Source: a virus (taxonomy: Duplodnaviria > Caudoviricetes). From it: a stretch of DNA of 62,146 nucleotides. A program made the position numbers and the translations under genes. Location: the IMG/VR virus record IMGVR_UViG_3300021091_000076, positions 1 through 62,146 of that record; one strand, written 5' to 3'. Shown here piece after piece: positions 56,102 through 62,146 of this stretch (position 1 is its first letter; each line of letters opens with the position of its first letter). The notes beneath the pieces were generated by a model. It did no database searches. It saw nothing but the letters and a program-made list of their open reading frames with translations, and was not told where the DNA came from.

Positions 56102-57544
56102 ATGATGATTAAAGATTACGGATACGAAGTACAAAAATTATATCTAGAATTAATGCTGGCCGACGCAGAAATATTTGTGAGGTGCCAAGGCATTTTCGAT
56201 CACACATTGTTCGATCGAAAGTTACAAGATGCTGCTGAATTTATTAATATCTATGCTAAACAATATTCAGTAATGCCAGATTATAATATGGTTAACGCAT
56301 CTTGTAGAATAGATTTACAAAAGCCAGAAGACATCAAAGAAGGACATAATGATTGGCTCATGGATGAGTTTGAGCATTTCACTCGTCACAAAGCTCTAGA
56401 ACGTGCTATCATTAACTCAGCGGATCTACTCGAAAAGAAAGATTACGGACAAGTTGAATCTATGATCAAGGAAGCAGTTCAAATATCCTTAACCAAGGAT
56501 CTTGGCACAGACTACTTTGAAGATCCTAGAGCTAGACTGATGCGCATCAAAGATAAGAATGGTCAAATATCTACTGGTTGGCCCACCCTAGATCGTAGAT
56601 TGTTTGGAGGTATGAATCGCGGTGAGCTTAATATTTTTGCTGGCGGTAGTGGTGCAGGTAAGTCGTTGTTTCTTGCCAACTTGGGTGTTAACTGGTGCCT
56701 TCAGGGGCTGAACGTTCTATATCTAACATTAGAACTTTCAGAAGACCTGGTAGCTATGCGTATTGATGCAATGACCACTGGCATTTCGACTAAAGAAATT
56801 TTCAAAGAGCTTGACGATGTTGAAATGAAAGTTCGTATTATAGGAAAGAAAGCAGGAAAACTCCAGATTAAATATATGCCTAGCGGTAAAACTGCTAATG
56901 ATCTTAGAGCATACATGAAAGAATTTGAAATCAAAACAGGTTCTAAGATCGATGTACTGCTGGTAGATTACTTGGATCTCTTAATGCCGGCTAGTCGTAA
57001 GATTTCGGCAGAAAACTTATTCATCAAAGACAAATATGTATCTGAAGAATTAAGAAATCTCGCGATGGAGAAACAATGTATTCTAGTAACTGCGGCACAG
57101 TTGAATCGTGGCGCTGTTGAAGAAGTTGAATTTGATCATAGCCATATTTCGGGCGGGTTGAGTAAGATTCAAACTGCCGACAATGTGTTTGGTATCTTTA
57201 CCAGTCGCGCCATGCGTGAACGAGGACGCTATCAGATACAGTTGATGAAAACACGTTCCTCGTCGGGTGTGGGACAAAAAGTAGATCTAGAGTTTAATTT
57301 AGAAACACTAAAAATCAGCGACCTCCCAGAAGAAGAACAAGAAAGCCACAATGGTGCTAGTAGAGGCAGTTCTAGTATTATCGAAAGCATCAAAGCTAGA
57401 TCAACGGTTCATCAGCCTAAAATTGATGCGGACGGTGGAATAGAAGATCCCACAAAAGGTGCAAGTTTAGGCAGAGTACGTGCTAATGTTGAGAGCACAA
57501 AACTTAGAGAAATTTTAAATAATCAATTCGGTGATGAAGAGTAG
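56102..57544 (+). CDS. gp41: Replicative DnaB-like helicase
   Basis: ISTGWPTLD, GGSGAGKS, TLELSE, VDYLDL, SEELRNLA and TAAQLNR motifs. Confidence 0.93.
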   Translation: MMIKDYGYEVQKLYLELMLADAEIFVRCQGIFDHTLFDRKLQDAAEFINIYAKQYSVMPDYNMVNASCRIDLQKPEDIKEGHNDWLMDEFEHFTRHKALERAIINSADLLEKKDYGQVESMIKEAVQISLTKDLGTDYFEDPRARLMRIKDKNGQISTGWPTLDRRLFGGMNRGELNIFAGGSGAGKSLFLANLGVNWCLQGLNVLYLTLELSEDLVAMRIDAMTTGISTKEIFKELDDVEMKVRIIGKKAGKLQIKYMPSGKTANDLRAYMKEFEIKTGSKIDVLLVDYLDLLMPASRKISAENLFIKDKYVSEELRNLAMEKQCILVTAAQLNRGAVEEVEFDHSHISGGLSKIQTADNVFGIFTSRAMRERGRYQIQLMKTRSSSGVGQKVDLEFNLETLKISDLPEEEQESHNGASRGSSSIIESIKARSTVHQPKIDADGGIEDPTKGASLGRVRANVESTKLREILNNQFGDEE

Positions 57545-57770
57545 TAAAGTAGAATTGTTAAAATGGTTGCCTTTAGAAAACGAATATATTGAAATAGATT
57601 GGCCTAAGGTACACAAAACGATCGGTATCGATCAAACGAGATGGTTGCTAGATCAACCACAAGATCACTGTCAAATTGTGCTAGAACGCAGAGGCAGGTA
57701 TTGTCGCTTAATCGCTGAATTTTATAATAATAGTGCTTTGGCAAATTACCATTTAATGTGGGCTAAATAA
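57534..57770 (+). CDS. Hypothetical protein
   Basis: About 78-aa ORF overlapping the end of the helicase gene. Confidence 0.6.
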   Translation: MKSSKVELLKWLPLENEYIEIDWPKVHKTIGIDQTRWLLDQPQDHCQIVLERRGRYCRLIAEFYNNSALANYHLMWAK

Positions 57771-57773
57771 TGA

Positions 57774-58484
57774 ATGCGCCTACGAGAATTAAACGAACGT
57801 TCTTCATTTGTCACAATTAATCGTCGCCTTAATCCTAAAATATGGTCAGGGGATGAATTAGATCCCGCAGTAGTAGAAAAACTTAAAAAAATAGCCTTGG
57901 CTTTTGAAGAATTTGTAGGCGTAGATCTAGACATTAAGGATTATACTATAACTGGTTCAAATGCCAATTATACGTGGACTGACTATTCTGATTTAGATCT
58001 TCATCTGATCATTCCCGGAACTCCGTCTGAAGAACAAAGAGAGCTTTTTAATGCCAAAAAGTCACTGTGGGCCGAACAGCACGATATCACTATCAAAGGA
58101 TTGCCTGTAGAGTGTTATGTACAAGGCGAAGATGAAGAACATCACAGCACAGGTGTGTATAGCATACTAAAAAATCAATGGCTGGTTGAACCTAAGAAAA
58201 TCAAACCGGAAGTAGATGATGCTGCGGTAGAAGCTAAAAAAGATGGAATCATGCGTGAAATTGAATCTGCCATGCTCAGTAAAGATCTTGAGAAAATACG
58301 CAGAGTTAAAGAAAAAATTACTAAAATGCGTAAGGCAGGTTTAGCTAGGGCCGGAGAATGGAGTGTAGAAAATCTAGTGTTTAAGATCCTGCGCAATCTC
58401 GGTCTAATAGATCAAATAGCAGAAAAAATAAGAGAGTTGGAGGATGACCAACTCTCTCTAGAACAACAAAACTCTACTGTTTAG
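57774..58484 (+). CDS. Pol-beta superfamily nucleotidyltransferase
   Basis: ITGSNANYTWTDYSDLDLH (GS...DxD), VECYVQ and a helical C-terminus. Preceded by TAAATA-N4-ATG. Confidence 0.8.
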   Translation: MRLRELNERSSFVTINRRLNPKIWSGDELDPAVVEKLKKIALAFEEFVGVDLDIKDYTITGSNANYTWTDYSDLDLHLIIPGTPSEEQRELFNAKKSLWAEQHDITIKGLPVECYVQGEDEEHHSTGVYSILKNQWLVEPKKIKPEVDDAAVEAKKDGIMREIESAMLSKDLEKIRRVKEKITKMRKAGLARAGEWSVENLVFKILRNLGLIDQIAEKIRELEDDQLSLEQQNSTV

Positions 58485-59183
58485 TTATTCGTTCTTATTA
58501 CCAAAAAGTTGTAACAAGCTAAGGAAGATATTAATAAAGTTGAGATACAGGCTCAATGCACCCATAATCTCCGCTTTTCCATTGTTGTCATAACTCACTA
58601 ATTGACGAATTTGTTGTGTGTCATAGGCAGTAAGACCCACAAAGATTATAATTGCCAAAGCTGAAATTACAGAACTGAGCACTGCATTATTAACTAGTCC
58701 GGGCCAAAAGCTGGCTAAAACTAGATTAACGATACTAGCGATTATGATCGCTATCAGCCCGACAAATAAGAATGATCCCCATCCACTGAGATCTTTCTTT
58801 GTAAAATAACCGTAAAAACTCATCGTACCAAAAAGCACAGCGGCCCCCATGAATGCTGACACGATAGAACCTAGAGTGTAAACCACAAATATTGTGGCAA
58901 AACTTAATCCCATCAAAGCAGCAAAACCATGCAGAAGAATTTGCAAGGTACTTTTGCTCATTTTATCAAAGGCAAGACTCATGCCCAAGACAGCGATCAA
59001 GGGAGCGAAAATTACTATCCATTTCATTGCACCCGTAAAGAAAAAGGTCATTAAGGCGGCATTACTACTAACCAGCAGCGAAACAATCATGCTGGTCAAT
59101 AATGCCAGACCCATATGGCCGTAGACACGACCCATTGCAGAGTTAATTTCTCCAGCAGATCGATAAGTTGCAGTTGCGTACAT
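58485..59183 (-). CDS. Bax inhibitor-1/YccA family membrane protein
   Basis: About seven hydrophobic segments, GLTAYDTQ and ALSLYLNFINIFLSLL. Confidence 0.9.
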   Translation of the reverse strand: MYATATYRSAGEINSAMGRVYGHMGLALLTSMIVSLLVSSNAALMTFFFTGAMKWIVIFAPLIAVLGMSLAFDKMSKSTLQILLHGFAALMGLSFATIFVVYTLGSIVSAFMGAAVLFGTMSFYGYFTKKDLSGWGSFLFVGLIAIIIASIVNLVLASFWPGLVNNAVLSSVISALAIIIFVGLTAYDTQQIRQLVSYDNNGKAEIMGALSLYLNFINIFLSLLQLFGNKNE

Positions 59184-59213
59184 TTGGACTCCTTTTATAT
59201 TGAAAGTATAACT

Positions 59214-59242
59214 ATTATACTGTAAAATTATTTATTGGTCAA
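59214..59242 (-). promoter_or_regulatory. sigma70-type promoter with a nested late box
   Basis: Minus strand TTGACC-17 nt-TATAAT, with TAAATA (59229-59234) in the spacer. AAGGAG RBS at 59189-59194. Confidence 0.75.
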
Positions 59243-59281
59243 CGGTCCTCACCGCGTGATTATACCAAATTATAACAATTA

Positions 59282-59289
59282 TATAAATA
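59282..59289 (+). promoter_or_regulatory. Late promoter TATAAATA
   Basis: Exact T4 late consensus upstream of 59311. Confidence 0.7.
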
Positions 59290-59310
59290 TTCGTTTACCA
59301 CACAGAAACC

Positions 59311-59748
59311 ATGAAATTAACACGCTGCACGGAAATCACAGAAAAATTGTTGACGTTAGTTAAAGATGATCCGGTACGTCCCGAAATTCCAGTTGAACAG
59401 CGGATTGATCAAAAAGGATGTGTGTATGTTTTGGAAGACGATAAAGGCGAGGCATTGGCAGTGACTTGTGTTAAATTTTTAGGCAAGATACCGTCTTCTG
59501 TAGAAGAATTAGCAGACGTAGCAGTCAACACTTCCACGGCTGTTTTCTATACTATTTGGAGTTACGCTGCTGGTGCAGGTCGTACATTAATTGAACAGGC
59601 ACAGGAAGATATCAAATCGCAGCAGCCAGAGGTAAACACTTTTGTTACACTAAGTCCTAAGACTGAAATGGCCCGCAAATTCCATCATAAAAACGGCGCT
59701 AAGACCTATCGAGAAAACACAGATACCATTAATTATCTGTACGATTAA
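59311..59748 (+). CDS. Hypothetical protein, GNAT-like fold
   Basis: DDPVRP, AVFYTIWSY..GAGRTLI, TLSPKT and FHHKNGA motifs. Confidence 0.6.
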   Translation: MKLTRCTEITEKLLTLVKDDPVRPEIPVEQRIDQKGCVYVLEDDKGEALAVTCVKFLGKIPSSVEELADVAVNTSTAVFYTIWSYAAGAGRTLIEQAQEDIKSQQPEVNTFVTLSPKTEMARKFHHKNGAKTYRENTDTINYLYD

Positions 59749-60631
59749 ACTTACCAAGAAATTCTACGCCTACTCTGCGTTTCCAGGGTAGGATTTCTCC
59801 TTTGCTGTGGATATTTTCAAAATAATATTTCAAGGCCGTAGGATTTAATTCATCTAACATAAAATCTTCGTTTTTATACCAATTCTTATCAATCAACTGT
59901 GTTTTGAAACCGGTAGATATGTCGGCTACCTTTTTGTTGACTAACTGTTCTGCTAGAAGTTCGCTGAGTATGTCGTGATTGCTGAGACACATGTGATTAT
60001 ATCTGCAATCATAGCCTTTGAAATATCCGGATCCTGTTTGATTGTATAAATCCACTACTACTTCCTGATCAGCGTATTCTGCAAATTGTATCGCTGAAAG
60101 AAAGCCTTTGGCCCAATCCAAATTACTCCAGGTATCGCAGGGATTAAATTTATCATCAAAGGCTTTCACTATAAGAGGATTACGCAGTCCTTTGATTTGT
60201 GCGTAATAAGCTATCAAAGATAGTCTACACACAGATTGTAGATGATCTAATGCAGGACGTTGTATGTGTTTGAGATATAATTCAACCGATCGAGCTCGCT
60301 CTTTGCCCACATGCTGATCTAGATCTATGATGTTCCAATTAGTCAATGTGGGCATATCATCAAAATACCAATATCTACTGGCGCTGGTCATCACTATGAC
60401 CACGAAATCATCGGGCAGTATCTGATCTTGAAAACTCATGAAACTGTTCACCGTCCAATCTTGTGAACAGCCTATAAGACTGTAGTTGAACAGTTCTATG
60501 GGCTCGTTCAACATCAAACTGATGCGTTTAGCCAGTTGCCTGGACCATACTCTGGGGTTGTCTTTTTTAGGGTCACAGACGCCGAAACTGTCAGCGAATA
60601 CCCATAATCTTTTAACTGTGCGTTGTGTCAT
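59729..60631 (-). CDS. Hypothetical SGNH-like protein
   Basis: WVFADSF, NYSLIGCS and DCRYNH motifs. Likely start MTQRTV, with TATATA 5 nt upstream. Confidence 0.55.
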   Translation of the reverse strand: MTQRTVKRLWVFADSFGVCDPKKDNPRVWSRQLAKRISLMLNEPIELFNYSLIGCSQDWTVNSFMSFQDQILPDDFVVIVMTSASRYWYFDDMPTLTNWNIIDLDQHVGKERARSVELYLKHIQRPALDHLQSVCRLSLIAYYAQIKGLRNPLIVKAFDDKFNPCDTWSNLDWAKGFLSAIQFAEYADQEVVVDLYNQTGSGYFKGYDCRYNHMCLSNHDILSELLAEQLVNKKVADISTGFKTQLIDKNWYKNEDFMLDELNPTALKYYFENIHSKGEILPWKRRVGVEFLGKFNRTDN

Positions 60632-60667
60632 AGCTGTATATATCAGCACTGACACCAAGTTTGTAAA

Positions 60668-60856
60668 TTATTGATCTACTGAATAAGTGCTAACTTCTGC
60701 TACCCATTGATCTTGGCCGCGTTGCTGCATCTGCGCCGCGAAGTTTTGGGCTAACCGCCATGCCTCGGCTTCTGCAGTGATGTGCTGTCTAAGATCCTGT
60801 CTTTGTACTCGCATGTTGGTTTTAACATTACGAGCCATAACTTTATATGCTGTCAT
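60668..60856 (-). CDS. Hypothetical protein
   Basis: TAAATA (60875-60880, minus strand) and a TAAGGAG RBS before ATG 60856. Confidence 0.65.
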   Translation of the reverse strand: MTAYKVMARNVKTNMRVQRQDLRQHITAEAEAWRLAQNFAAQMQQRGQDQWVAEVSTYSVDQ

Positions 60857-60884
60857 AACCACTCCTTAGACAAGTATTTATTCG

Positions 60885-61526
60885 TCAAGGATTTTTTGGT
60901 TCGGCTATGAAGTTATAAACCACACAGAAACGCTGAGAATGTTCACTAGGACGGCCGGTGATTCTCCAATGTGTACCGTCACAGTCGTACCATGTGTTGG
61001 CTTTGGGTTCCAGCTCATGTGCTAGATCATAGGTTTCCGGCAGTTCCCACTGCTGCATCCAACTTCTCTGCTTGAAGATTTTCAATGCGCCATCGCTGGT
61101 TTCGGGAAACCAATAGCCCGTTTGATGCGGGCCACTGAGATCTATGTGGGGTTTGCTGTTATCCGTATCTGTGGGCAGACTGTTGACTATTCTAATCTTG
61201 AACAGTAGGCCTAGTTTTCGATCAGTGCGATCTAGTGCTGTCAACAAAGGCAGCACCAGCAAATTATACAAAGGACTGATTTCTCGATCATTATCGTAGA
61301 CCATGTGAGTGTATTGATTCCAATCATATACTCTGATGTCTGCGCTGCGATTAGGACCAAAAAATCCATAGGTCACACTAGGATCTACCACACAGTGTCT
61401 TAGAAAGTCTTTGACTTCGTCTGTGAATAGATCTTCTACCACGTGCAATGGGGGCGTGATCAATAGGTCGCTGTGTCTTCGGGGTTCGCCTGGTTCTGGT
61501 GCAGGCATCTGCATAAAATCACTCAT
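60885..61526 (-). CDS. Putative 2OG-Fe(II) oxygenase
   Basis: VVEDLF, PHID (HxD), DGTHW and RFCVVYNF motifs. AAGGAG RBS. Confidence 0.6.
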   Translation of the reverse strand: MSDFMQMPAPEPGEPRRHSDLLITPPLHVVEDLFTDEVKDFLRHCVVDPSVTYGFFGPNRSADIRVYDWNQYTHMVYDNDREISPLYNLLVLPLLTALDRTDRKLGLLFKIRIVNSLPTDTDNSKPHIDLSGPHQTGYWFPETSDGALKIFKQRSWMQQWELPETYDLAHELEPKANTWYDCDGTHWRITGRPSEHSQRFCVVYNFIAEPKNP

Positions 61527-61543
61527 TGTATCTCCTTGTCACT

Positions 61544-61557
61544 TACTTAGCTAAGTA
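61544..61557. promoter_or_regulatory. Palindromic bidirectional late promoter
   Basis: TACTTAGCTAAGTA is a perfect 14-bp palindrome giving TAAGTA on both strands. Confidence 0.7.
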
Positions 61558-61562
61558 TTACC

Positions 61563-62146
61563 ATGCAAGCAGAAATTTTAGACCTGTTTCCTACCGCAGT
61601 GATCAGATATGGTATAGATCCCGAGCCTTGGCAGGTCAGTCTCCGACAGCAGCCGTTAGAGCATCGCGGCAGTCACAGCTACAGTCTAGACTGTCATATT
61701 TTGGATCATTATCCAGATCTTCGTGACATCATTGAACGATGTTGCACAGACTATGCTCAAAATGTCTTGGGCATGGTAGACGTTCAACGAGCACAGACCA
61801 GTTGGATCAATCACAGCCAAATCAGCGATTTCACGCACGAACACATACACAGTAACTCGGTCATAGCAGCCTGTTGGTATTGGGATCTGCCCGGAGGTCG
61901 GGATCGCATACGATTCCATAAACCAGATCCCAGAGCATGGGGTGTGTATAACATGATATTTGATCTAGATCCGCAGCGAGCACAGCGCAGCCCTTATGCC
62001 AAGACCACTGTGGAAGTCACAGTGAACCAAGGAGACCTTTTGGTATGGCCCAGTTGGCTCTTGCACAGCGTACCCGCTATGACTGAACAGGCGGATCGTT
62101 GGAGCTTGGCTGTGAATACCATGCCCGTGAGAGGATGGGGCAGCAG
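61563..62146 (+). CDS. 2OG-Fe(II) oxygenase, TIGR02466-like (3' end outside the window; absent from the ORF track)
   Basis: Manual translation MQAEILDLFPTAV...SWIN...HEHIHSNSVIAACWY...GDLLVWPSWLLHSV...RWSLAVN. Confidence 0.85.
   Translation, partial: MQAEILDLFPTAVIRYGIDPEPWQVSLRQQPLEHRGSHSYSLDCHILDHYPDLRDIIERCCTDYAQNVLGMVDVQRAQTSWINHSQISDFTHEHIHSNSVIAACWYWDLPGGRDRIRFHKPDPRAWGVYNMIFDLDPQRAQRSPYAKTTVEVTVNQGDLLVWPSWLLHSVPAMTEQADRWSLAVNTMPVRGWGS

Noticed and set aside
27131-57544. Inteins or group I introns in terminase, UvsX, UvsW, primase or helicase
   Set aside because: All are uninterrupted and of ordinary length.
193-61919. Many short antisense or alternative-frame ORFs in the track (for example 883..1311, 1660..2151, 8226..8762, 42581..43063, 61526..61726)
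   Set aside because: They are nested within clearly coding genes and have no motifs, RBS or promoter. They are shadows of the real frames.
1-62146. Stop-codon reassignment
   Set aside because: Conserved genes are full length in the standard code, and TAA, TAG and TGA all end genes at sensible positions.
1-62146. CRISPR arrays, tRNA or rRNA genes, IS elements
   Set aside because: Intergenic gaps are short and explained by promoters and terminators. I saw no spaced repeats, cloverleafs or transposases by eye. A tRNAscan or Infernal run would be needed to be certain.

Overview
A 62 kb segment of a large T4-like (contractile-tailed, probably jumbo) bacteriophage genome read in the standard genetic code. 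From left to right it carries: (1) three tandem Cys/Gly-rich paralogues, followed by a GT9-like glycosyltransferase and a full-length carbamoyltransferase; (2) virion and morphogenesis genes (2054-aa fibre-like protein, gp15/gp14/gp13, sheath, tube, gp4, terminase); (3) the recombination genes gp32, uvsX and uvsY; (4) a ~12 kb sugar synthesis and glycosylation island; (5) replication genes (uvsW, gp62-like, a 192-aa miniature DnaE, primase, gp41 helicase); and (6) accessory genes (nucleotidyltransferase, YccA/Bax inhibitor-1, two 2OG-Fe(II) oxygenases). The strongest non-coding signal is a T4-late-type TAA(A/G)TA box sitting exactly 5 nt before the ATG of at least nine genes. Two near-consensus sigma70 promoters also sit 6 nt before an ATG. 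Together these imply widespread leaderless mRNAs. I saw no tRNA, rRNA, CRISPR array or mobile element. Product calls come from recognising motifs by eye, not from database searches.
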